Assembly (NCBI GenBank): GCA_003344405.1
Contig: NOWV01000123.1
Span: 186,001 to 228,547, forward strand
Direction: 5' to 3'
From: Trichoplax sp. H2
Lineage: Eukaryota
DNA length: 42,547 nt
The notes below the pieces were generated by a model. It was given only the letters and a program-made list of their open reading frames with translations. It was not told the origin of the DNA and searched no databases. How positions within the stretch are numbered: the first letter of the stretch is position 1; the number at the start of each line of letters is the position of its first letter. Positions 30,801 through 42,547 of this stretch are shown here, in pieces. Both the position numbers and the translations under genes were made by a program.

Positions 30801-33800
30801 TAAAATCTAGATTAACATGCAGATGAATAATTCACTATCATTTGTCATTATTAAGGTAACAATATGCAATTAAACTGTGATGTAACATCTTCTTATTTAA
30901 AAAGAATTGCCTGCAATCCAACTGTTTTCATTCTCTATGATCATCGCTAGATAATTGTAGGCATTTGATCAGCAATTAATTTTACTAGATATCTTACGAA
31001 AGAAAAATAAATTTTATCTTTTCCCAATTTGATGAAATGGATTAAAATCGTTTTATTGATGATGGGGGAAATGATAGACTGAATTCGTATGGCAGCTGCC
31101 ACACGTCTTTCTCGTTACCATATGTTTTATTATATTTTAATCATCTTATTTCTTTCCATCTGGTTGCCGTTGACCATTATTCTATATTTATTCATCTTTT
31201 GATTTCTTACCCCCTAGTGTTAGCTAAAAAAATCAAGGCGGTTTCTTTAACTATAAGCGCCACTAAATTGATATTTAGTTAAAAGCTATTGAATTTATTC
31301 AAGTCAAATAGTCTATTATAAATTTGAATTATCTCATTATTACTTGGACGTGTGTGCTTGCCTATGGAAGTGTGTAAAAGCGTGTAAGGTTAATCTATCT
31401 GTCATCATTAAGGATTTGAAGATCAATCAATCAATCAAATTATTCACGTCATGATCTTGCTTTTGTCACATACTATTATCGAAATTATAATATTATTCAT
31501 ATTAATAATCTAGCTCTTCTCTTCCGTCCATAACATAGATTTTGTAATTTGAGATTTATCTACTGTAATACTTTTTTTCACTTAATCCTATTGAAAACAT
31601 GATCAATTTAGATTTAAAATAGCTTACTACCGGTATTGACTTAAAGCTAATGGAAATCATTAGTAAATTAAGACATCTACGGGTAAGCCGAAAAAACAGA
31701 TATATCAACATTAATGACTTATAAACGGAAGGAAAATTCGCAGATGGAATGACCCCTCCAAAAAATAGATGAAAACAACATTACCATTGTTCATGATCAA
31801 TTCAGTATCGTCATCATATTTCTATTTGGGGATTGTTATATAAGATCGGAACGGATGAAGAATCGGTTGTATTATCTCATTTCAAGATAAAGCAGTGTAT
31901 AAAGATAGAAAATGATGGAAAGAATAGAAAATTATACAAATAGTTAATCTATTAGTTCAATCGACCCAAGTTTGAAGTTAACATTTGCATAACTTGATTT
32001 ATTTATTATCCTGATAATACCGTAACAAAATAGAATTAATTGAAAAGCACTTGACACATGGCTACAGACAATAGAATAATAGGAAAGCAATTTAGTCAAT
32101 GGTCATAACAATGGTCAAAGTAGATAATTGACATGTAAATAGTCGTCAGTTAGTTTTGTTTGTTAAATCTAATAACAACAAAACAATTAATCTGATTAAG
32201 CTTTTTGAATGTGGACTAACAAGTCTAGTCTATTCGCCGAAGATTAGTATAATTGAGTGATTTACTAAAGACTTCTCCTAATAAAGTAGGGTTACACTTA
32301 AATAGGAGATAACGGGATAAATTTTATTAGATAATATTGTATGAACATGTCATAACAATAGATTAATGTATCATCAAACAAGTATAGTTAACAAAAGCAG
32401 GGCACAAATCAGTGATTGGAATAGAAGTCTGTACTGCTAGGAGGTGGCTTTGTCTTTTAATTTAATTACATTTGACAATAGTGCAAGTAGCATTGTGTAC
32501 GTGTTTGTAGGTTTTCAATCGAGAAAGTTTTTTTCAATCCAAGAGTCTTTCAACTGTCTAGATCGATAGTTGGATTAATTAAAACAATAACCAAATTAGA
32601 AAAGAATAGAAAGGGGATACATAAATACTTTACACATAGTCTACTTCCATTTCATACTCGGATTATCAGATAGTCAGCAAACCTATCCTGTTCCTTTGGC
32701 TAATTTAATTCGTGACCTAAAATATCGCTACTTTTTAGGTAAGATTTTATTTTTTTCTGTCATTGGAACTTATCATCATTTTTATCATGACTACGTCCGT
32801 GTGCACTGTGCTTAAACTTGCTTAAATTTTTAAAGTTATCCTCCATCTTTATACGCTTGAAATATTACAGTATTTTGGAACTACATTTCGTCTGCAGGAG
32901 ATTTACATTTGTTGTGATTAACAGTATAAGTTTGTGGTAATAGCAACCGTATTTCACATATTGTTCATGAGAAGAAAGGATTTCTTTCAGTTTATCGGTT
33001 ACATGATCTTCTCTATGAGCCAAAAAAATCTTGGCCAACTTTTTTAAGTAATTCTAATACTGCTAACTTAATACCGAGAATCTTTGATCGAATAGTTTAA
33101 TCAGTACATATATAATGACGGATTTAATTTTAATCAATGCAATTATTGGATACATGTCTACGACAACATACTATAGAAGTGTACGTTGGAATATTGGTAG
33201 CACCAAAGCAGAAATGATTTCATTAGATAATTAAGTTGGCTTCTCAATATTAATCAGACGATAAATTAATTATATACCATTACTACTATTAGGCGGGGAT
33301 AGAAGATATCTGAGAATATCTAGTCCTTTTGATGGTTGACTTTAAAGTTGTGCTGATGATTACTTCTTGCGTCTTCATATTTTCAATATATGCCTAGTTT
33401 CGTGTCGTATGTATCAAATTGTCCACTTAATAAATCTATTGATTTTTAATTGATGGAGCTAACCATAGCAATTCATTACCGTAGCAAAAGCCTTTCATCA
33501 TACTAGTATATCGCTATACCAGCTGATGATTCAAAGTAGTACCGTAGTGAGAATAAACTTCCAAGCTGATCGAATAGTACCTAAAACAACAAAACATATC
33601 CTGTACAGTAATTAAAATGGCGACTAATGTACCAAGCGGTACCCATTCTTGGCATGAAGAAATAAATTTAGAGATAATAACAATAATAATTGATAGGCTA
33701 AGCTATTTAGCAAATTGAAAAAACCTGATCACCAGGTTAATACAGAAAAGAATGTGCAATTCTTCCCATTTAACAAATCGGTTAACCACTGCACATAGGG

Positions 33801-34069
33801 TATATTATACACACTACAGAACAATGTATATTGTATTCTATTAATGACAACCATATTACAGTAAATGATGATATCTTGTTTCTATGATGAGTTACATATT
33901 TGTCAAGGTGTATGTTAGAATCTTTTCGAGGGAATTACATAACTACTGCTTACGGCTAATCTTCTAACTAAAATAATCTTGCTTTACATTATTAAAGAGA
34001 TAAATCCTTTTTCTATGTTGTATAGATTCTAATCTTCATATCTGAAATTATTTCCTATCAAGAACAAAG

Positions 34070-37000
34070 ATGAAAAATAGCGACAAGCAACAACGCTCAC
34101 CTAAATGTGCTCGCTGCCGCAATCATGGGGTTATTTCTATCTTAAAAGGGCATAAACGTTATTGCCGTTGGCGCGATTGTACATGTGCAAAATGTATCCT
34201 GATTGCAGAAAGGCAAAGAGTTATGGCTGCTCAAGTTGCGTTAAGGCGACAACAGGCACAAGAAGAAAATGAAGCAATTTACTTTAATTCAGCATCCAGT
34301 AATGCCACTAATACAGCCGCAGCATCTAATATCCTCCCTTCGATCAATCACGATGGCAGCCATTGCCGTCAGGATAAAGAATCTATGGTGATCCATCACG
34401 GAATGAAACGCTTTAAAAGAGCAGATAGTCAAGATCATGATCGTCATGGTAAGTTAAACTTAGCAAGGTATAATAAGTAATCATCTTCAATATTAATCAG
34501 TAATGTATGTATTTATGACAAAATAGTTGTTAATAATTATAAGTTAAGGTATAAGCTATATGCTGCTATGTATTGGCCTGATTCCTGTTAGTAAATGCGA
34601 CAATGTTGTTCAAATAGCTATCCAAGTAAATATGTGATGATGATGAACCGAAGTACTACTTTTAATGCGGTTAAAAAAATATTTCCTTCTGAGTGATTGC
34701 TCTATCAGTTGAAATATCGGGGGTAAAAGTTTTCCTCAACCGAAGTCATAAATGAACATATTTACAAAAGCATTTCGTTGAGGAATTCAGTAAAGAGAAT
34801 TTATTTAAATTTGGTAACTGAAATACATAATCACTGCACTTTAAACCTATCCTCGTAGTGTATTTACAATATTTACTTTTCTTAGTCATTAAAACAGACT
34901 GTAGAATAGCTTTAGTTTAATAATCATTTTTACTTAAATCAGTGCCGTCGGCTTTCATGACTGAAAGAGAGTTACAAATTTAAAGATTTTATTAGTATGT
35001 TGCCACATATTAAAGCTAACGCACACGTCTTAGATAATTTCAGTCGACCCCCTCCGGCCTTACTATTGAGCTATAACAATTGCTTGGCATGTTTTCAAAA
35101 GAAATATAAAACATCATTTGATTCTTCTTGCTGGTACCGCGTACTGCAAGTCGATTGAAATAATAATTATCCCCTATGGCATCTAATTCAACATTACACA
35201 ATATTGTCATCATATCTTGATTAATGACGATAAAAGTATCAATCATATCTACTTTTTATACTATGTTAGTAACTTTTTCCTATTAATGATGATAGTTCAT
35301 ACTTACTGATAATACTAAGATTGGAAATTGATGTTTAGTCATCTATTATTTAGCAAGGTTATAAGTCAGGTGGGCTTAAGTTAACATCGTTGCCAATGTG
35401 GGTATATTTTGTTTTACAATTTTTTTTATCTGATTCATTATATTCATTTCCAGTATGAAATAAAATTATATTAATACAATGAGTCAAAGATCTTTCCGTA
35501 GGTCGAACTGACTTCGTAGAGATAGGGAGGGAGAGGAAGGGGAAAAGATATTATTAGTGTTCCAAGGCTTTCGACTGACTACCTTATCGATGATGCAAAA
35601 TATTACTCATTTCTTTATGGTTTATATATAATTTAGTTGATATTACCACTATTTCGTCTGAGAAATATTTTTGGTTATACAGCTGCTACAATACTCCTAA
35701 TTGATACGTCAAGTAGTTTATAGATGGTGCGATAGGAATTGGATTGGTATACTGTTTAGTAGTATATGTTGTTCAGACTATGAAATGTACCTTTATAACC
35801 TGCAAATTACTATAAGAGAATCATGAAATCATTGCTGTTGAACATTTTCGCCAGAATTATGACTACTCTCGATAGCAGATAAGAATAGATTCAGTTTTTC
35901 ACCTTGTCAACTTGTTTATCGTTAATAATAATAGTGATTAGAATAAAAATTAAACAACTACAGCGGTTAACCATTGCAATCATTTTACGCTTTTCGGCGC
36001 TTCTGCCATATAAGATTTAATTCGCTGTCATTAATCCATTCTTATATCATAGCTTAAATCAAGTCAACTTTCTTAATGAGCAGAGTAGAGAAAGAATAAT
36101 CTAGATTTATCGGTTTGACGGATTTAAATTTAAAAAACTGTGAAGTAAGTGCGTTTAGCCTAGTAACTAAACTTGATTGAATATTTAAAGATCTACGGAG
36201 ACCTAGTAATACATGCTATTACTAAACCAGACGTTTAAATATACAGTGTATATTAGAAAGCAATAATTTCAAAATTTTCCAACGCAGTATTTGTGGTTCG
36301 CCCTCCCTTTCTAATATCCTTCTAATCCTACATAATTCTCTGAGATGATCGTTTGTTATTTTCAATCAACTCTGATACTCTGTTTAATTAAACAATGCGG
36401 TAGAAAACAATCATAGACCCCGTCAAGTTGGCCAGACAATCGAGTAGAGTTTAAATATTAATATAAATTGGATTAAAGGATTTAAATTTCACGTACATTG
36501 TTTATGATTATTTTGCTTGTTCCACCCGTTTTTCCTATACATTCTTCTCGTACATTGACTTACAAATCAGTTTATCATGTACGTATTCATCAGCCAGAAT
36601 AAATTATATCTAAAGGATTAAACGATGAGTACTAGATATCGACCATAATTCATATCTCAATTGTAAGTTGTAAACTATCTCAAATATTACTATGAAACTA
36701 TAAGAACAGATTAGATAAAAGCAGATCGTTTACTTGAATGAAAAGATTATTTGTCTAAACAGGTAAGAAATTGATGGCGTTAGGGCAGCCACACGATCTA
36801 GAACAACAAAATGTCGTATAAATTTTAACTTCGTCGATCAGCCTGAGGTGATATTCAAACACAAATGATCAACAATCTCTCGACAATTGTTTTACCAGGT
36901 GGTTAAACTTAATCAAGACAACAGAGACAACATTACGTAAATTATACTTGCTATTATTTATTATATAATTAAGCCCTAACAATAAATCAAAATAGACACT

Positions 37001-39915
37001 ATTACTTCATTTGTGATAGTTTTCACAGAGGCCTAGGGGTGGAGTATACACACATTACCGTAGCTGCTGATTATCCATTTTTCTATAGTTATAGACATAT
37101 CCAGTAAAAGTATGTCATAGCGATCATACTGTTGTTGCACAATTCATTTTAACTTAGCAGAAAAATTAATGTAGTAAGACAGTCAAATGTTATGCCAATT
37201 AAATATGTTATTAGTCTAATTTTTAACCTCAAGAAATTTCCCAGTTGTAGTCTTAACCGTAATTGTTAATAACCCTGGTTGTTAAATATTACCCTTGAAA
37301 GTATGAATATCATCATATCAGATCATAAAATATATTGTATAGATAGTAGATGACTTCATTTCTCTTGTGAAATTACGACAACGTTGCTGTTGTTGCTGTT
37401 ATAATTATATAATTTATTGTGGTTGTTCTGCCTTTAACAATAGTGTTGTTAAAGGAAATTGCAATGTAGTTACTTTGAATAGTAATATCGATACAATTTC
37501 AAATTCAAAAGTTTTCTAAACAGTACCCTTACGATAAAAGAATCTACATTTTCTCGAATATTTCTGTCCTTAAACTAGATTAGAGTATGATGCAATCATC
37601 TTGGGATATTGTTTGCGATTTGAAAGTGGTTACAACATCAAGTAATTTTTTCTTAAAAATAGAGAGGGATAAAAATATGTGTTATGGACAGTAATAATTA
37701 ATCTTTGATTAGTTTACGCTAACTGTCAAATATTTTCATATACTGCTTTATACCGCCACTTATCGCTATTTTGCTACGTCTTACTAGTGTAAGACGAAAA
37801 AAAGAAGGAAAAATTTCAATAACACCGGTGTTACTTCGACTGTGACCAACTTTTGTCCTTTCGGTCCTTTACCGTTTCGAAATGTAGTTAATACTAGACT
37901 AAGTTACCGTGATTGAGAATTTAAACGAGGTACGGATACTTTTCAATGACTAAAATCAATTTATCGCACCAATAGTATCTGGAAGGATTTATAATGGTAA
38001 AATTAAAGCTTTCTCTAAAAAGTCTATGAAATGCGCACTTTACCTAATATGAAAGAGTTCATAATTAGAGAAAAAATTGATAGCTAATGGTGATTATACT
38101 TAATTTAGGTCAATTATCGTATAAATCATTTTATTAAGCGTTAAAATAGCTATATAAGATGTGTGATTACATCATACAAAGAAAACCTTATTTCATAAAT
38201 GGTCAATTTAAAATGACGGCAATCAATTGATTTGAGTCTTTACAATCCTTAAAGTTACTATAGTAAGAAAGATGGATATCGTCTAAAACTCTTACTGTCC
38301 CATTAGAGTAGGCGTAATGTAGATGTTTGCTATGTTAGTTGTGGCTAGCCTCTTTAGCAGCTCCATTTTATGCTCTATCGAAAAAATAAGCATGATTTTG
38401 ATAGTTTTATACTAAAGTACCATCACAATCAATTGTATTCGTAGCTGACTGATGTAATCAAATTCTTTGCTTTCTCCGTTAGCTATGCTACGCTTAGTAC
38501 GCGTAGCAGATAGAATTTGGCTGTAAATTCTTATTCAATCGACAGAATGAATGTTTAGAAACATTCAGTTAAAGAATGCAATTCGCTGATACTCTATTTT
38601 GACTCATTAAAATAACAGTCTGAACGTATATAACATTATACAATCAAATAGTTGTCAAACAATACTGTTGTATACTAATTGTTTCTTGACATCGCCGCCT
38701 TTCTTTCTTTCTGCTTTGTATGCCTGTCTTAACGGTTAGCGTGTTGTTGTCAACGTCTAACCAATATACTACCATCTATAGCCTGTCTTGATAAAAGCTA
38801 TAGAAAGTAATTATTAATCCATCTCTATTGTATCGAATCATTTTGCTATTGCACAAACAAATTACCGAAATTAAGCAAATGATAAACGAATTGACTACTG
38901 TTGACCAAGTCGTAAAAAAATCGACGATATTCTCTGGACTGAAAATTATATATACAACACTACTAGCATGCCATCTAATACCCTTAATCACATATGACTC
39001 TATTCACTACTACTGTATTATTGACAGCACAAAATTAGAATGGCCCTGATTTGTATCTTCTTTCTTACCAGTATATCTTCGTTGCGATACCGTTTTCTTA
39101 TTGCGCTACTGTGATATAAGTTTAAAAATAATAGGAGAAATTATTCAACAATCTCCTTCTTAACATAGCTTTTCTACCTGAAACTACTAAACTGAAGGTA
39201 GCATTCATTATTCTTTTAATCCTATTCCTTATATATATATTATTTTAATTTGATATGATTAGATTTAAAACGCACTCGTTTAAATGATAAAAGCGACGGG
39301 AGTGACGATGAAAAGATAGATAGCGACTACTCAGATGAAAGTTCTACCAAGGATAGAAACAATTCAATTCTGTCACCTCAGCAGCAAACTAATGGAAATG
39401 GTGACAACAGCAATAGCAGCAAGCCCGATTCTAAAATGACATTGATGAATGGAAGTATGTTAGTTGGTGTCAACGGTGAAAATCGATCTCATGATTCTCC
39501 ATTGAATGTTCTGTATCGTGTTTTTCCTCATCGCAATCGTAGTTTTCTTCAATTGATATTACAAGCTTGCAATGGCGATTTAGTTCAAGCCATCGAACAA
39601 ATTAGTCGTAGTCCAATTAATCGTGGCTCCGGTTTACCACCATCGCAGTTGATTTCACCAACGACAGCACCCTATTTGGCTTCTTCATTTGTTCCACCAA
39701 CATCCTTATCAGCAAGCAGTCAACCAATGCGGTTATCTTATGGATCGGATAGTTTACTAACGATGGTGAATCCAAGTTATCCACCCCATCTGCCGCTAAA
39801 CAATTTTACTGGATTTACATCACGCGATATGCAGTCACAGCAAGTTTCTCATGCCTCGCAAGGTTTGCATTCACGCAATTGTTACCTTTGCAACCTTTAT
39901 GGGCAACCAAAATAA
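34070..39915 (+). CDS. DMRTA: DMRTA-type (doublesex/mab-3 related) transcription factor with DM and DMA domains, about 343 aa
   Basis: Coding exons 34070-34448 and 39263-39915, joined by a phase-1 intron of 4814 nt (GTAAGT...TTAG). DM domain [61 protein letters not shown] domain [36 protein letters not shown]. An acceptor at 34025 followed by an in-frame TGA suggests a spliced 5'UTR. The exact subfamily needs a tree. Confidence 0.93.
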
Positions 39916-40966
39916 TATTATTGAGCATTTGATTAGAAAAATTGTACGAGTATCTGCAATTTATACTTTGTATTATTCTGTATAGTTCCAGGCCTAACAG
40001 CAGCAATGATGTACTGAAATCAACAAAAAGTGATACACAGTCATCCAAATATGAATATTGAAATGAACGAATTTATTACCGGCGTGGAAGAACAATCCAA
40101 AAATCGCTTAGATTTTACTCCAATACAACCAACTTATCTTACAAATTTCTTAGTTTAATTAATTAGTCGTAGCAAGAATGTATTTAGCGTTAAATGCTAA
40201 TATCAATGAAATTTTATGATAGTCTTATTATTGAGCTGATTGGATTTCTAGTAATATTAGCGGTATAGTTATAATAGTATTTAAGCATATCATTAGTACA
40301 GATTGATTCCAGTTTACGATAATGGGTACTGTATAATAATTATATAATTATCGTATCGGTTTTATATATTCTCTACAGAATATGATGGTTTTCCTTTGCT
40401 GGTATTTTATGGCTTAAGTTAAGACATTGGTGTGTAGAGCCGTAGTCATACACATCTTTTCCTAAATTAGAGAATGGAACGCTGAATATTAACGCTTCTG
40501 TCATCAGTTTCAGCGCTGATGTGGCAAATCTTTTGAAAAGTCACAGTCACTGTGTAGTGTGTGCAGTCTAAATAATAGTCAGTCATTATATGATTATATT
40601 GTAATATCTGTCTATCTTTAAGTGCTAGAATAAGTTGAAACTGAGTGATTCTGCTAACTTTTTTTCATCAAATACTTCATTTTTATTAATATATTGCAAC
40701 AATCCTGGCATGCAATGACTATTTTAATCGAATTTAGTTATAGCAGTTGAATTACAGGAAATGCCATTGGTTTCGTAATTGTTATCAGCTTACGTACCGT
40801 AACCTATATACCATCAATAATTCTATTAGGCACTGGATTTTTGCCATCTTATCTAGAAAAATTGATAGATTTAGCCCTTGATTATTATGTTCGCATTAAT
40901 TATGGTGCCAATCGACATAAAAGTTTGTCAATCCTTGTAATATACATATGCATTACCTTATTCATT

Positions 40967-40999
<33 letters not shown>

Positions 41000-41015
41000 G
41001 TGCATATATATATAT
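40967..41015. repeat. (TA)n microsatellite with degenerate tail
   Basis: (TA)12 at 40967-40990, then tgtatatatgtgcatatatatatat. Confidence 0.9.
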
Positions 41016-42547
41016 TGACGGCCAATATATTTATCTTAAATATTATCCGAATATTTATCTGTATACAATTATATCTACCACAGTACAAGCTAATATACTC
41101 ATCTATCTCATTTGAACATGGTTTTCTTTTAATCATATTATATTAACTATCATTTCTATTATTGCTGTTTCTCGGCTACAGCAATATAGCCAATTATAAT
41201 CTGATCAAATGACTACCCTTCTATTTGCCATTTGATCACTTTAGATCATAATAAAAATATCAAATTAATTAAATTGCTATCAATCATTTCAATTATATTC
41301 CAAATAGATAGTACTGGTTAGGATAACTTTGATAACATAACATTAAACAATGCAATTATTGAAATATAATGGTAATCAGTATGATAGGGAAACATATCCT
41401 TAGCATAATACGAAATTAAGTAGGAAGATGTAGACATTAAGCTAAATTTATTATAGTATTATCTACCAGGATCTTAGCCTGCAAAGAGCGAGTTTATAGC
41501 TAGCACTTTATTCTTACTATCTAGTATACTGGATAACTTAAAAAACTGATGATTTTATCGTTATCAGAGAAGAGACCAAGCCACATCTATTTTCGATTGA
41601 TAATGGTTAAAAACTCATTCATTACAGGAAGTTTACAGCTATGCGGTACAGCAATGGTGCACTTAATATCACAAGAAAGAATTTGATGTACTATAGACTA
41701 CAGTAAATAGTGCAGGAGAGTTGTACATATAAGAGCATTGCGTTCTAATTGAAAGATCGGCTGCAAGAGGGAGGAATAGCTTCTCCGTAGTTTAGAACAC
41801 AAGCCAAATATAGTTTGTCGTGTATAGCATTTACAGTTTCCGATATTTTCTACAGTCGTTTGCTATTACATAGCCTGTTATGGTATATGTTGTATCTAAT
41901 CCTTCAGTGTTGTTTTCTAATTGATTCATATCCTCTCACTCCTTCATCATCTCACACAATTTAGTCTAGCCTTGCAACACGCGCGATTGCTGCTTTAACA
42001 TAACCTTTTCTAAGTAAGCAAATACATATATTCCGCTGTTCTTTCTCTCACTATTTTCCTCGTTCACATACTGCCTTTCAGATTATAATGGTTATCGCTG
42101 ACCCACACCCAAGGCAAGAAATCAATTTCACAGAACCCTCAACATCACGATAAGCACAGGATTTCGTATAAAGGAATTACTCTGACAGTGAGCAAGTTGC
42201 AGATGACACAGCCACAACAGCAAATTAATATTGTAAAAGTCTTAAAATAGTAACTAAATATACTTCCTTTTTAGCCGTTGGCCAGGAAATTAGATTTAAT
42301 GAAAATATAAATCAGGGACTTGGTTTATCTTTTCTAGTATTTTAAATTTGCCTATGTTCATTTCATTCTTAAAAGTATGTACGGCAATTGCGCACTAATT
42401 TGCCTCAGGATAATTTTTTGAAAATTCTTTGCTGTAATAAAACTATAGCTGAAAAATTTTATCTAATTTGCATCGTTGACTCCAATTAAGCTGTAATGTT
42501 TTTAGTCGATGAATAATAGAATTAATAACATGTCAAGGGTAAAGCGA

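Noticed and set aside
39922-39924. TGA as selenocysteine in DMRT
   Set aside because: It lies after an in-frame TAA, and I recognise no SECIS element.
40841-41146. 101-aa hydrophobic ORF
   Set aside because: Artefact of the (TA)n microsatellite, giving IYIYIY runs.
42030-42155. Pyrimidine tract with tttcag acceptor at 42081 as an alternative last DMRT exon
   Set aside because: All frames close within about 23 codons and no strong matching donor exists in exon 2; unsupported without RNA data.

Overview
AT-rich eukaryotic (animal) genomic DNA with many short GT-AG introns. The style fits a compact non-bilaterian genome such as the placozoan Trichoplax, but that assignment is inference. I reconstructed five spliced genes by hand, all on the + strand: (1) the 3' part of PRKCSH/glucosidase II beta, ending in HDEL (<1-1697); (2) a complete 21-exon FAF1, about 623 aa (3308-8796); (3,4) two tandem calcyphosin-like EF-hand paralogs with identical exon sizes, 208 aa each (10998-13570 and 16585-18197); (5) after about 16 kb with no recognisable gene, a two-coding-exon DMRTA-type (DM + DMA) transcription factor (34070-39915). 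The most notable signal is the gene order PRKCSH>FAF1>...>DMRTA. It mirrors human FAF1>DMRTA2><ELAVL4 and PRKCSH><ELAVL3, suggesting an ancient regulatory block. Other signals: a non-coding element shared upstream of both calcyphosin paralogs, an RFX X-box, three strong inverted repeats, a 220-bp degenerate tandem repeat, TACAGTA motif clusters and a candidate small secreted-peptide ORF. No CRISPR, rRNA, tRNA or intact transposon was seen. Most supplied ORFs are intron read-throughs or noise.
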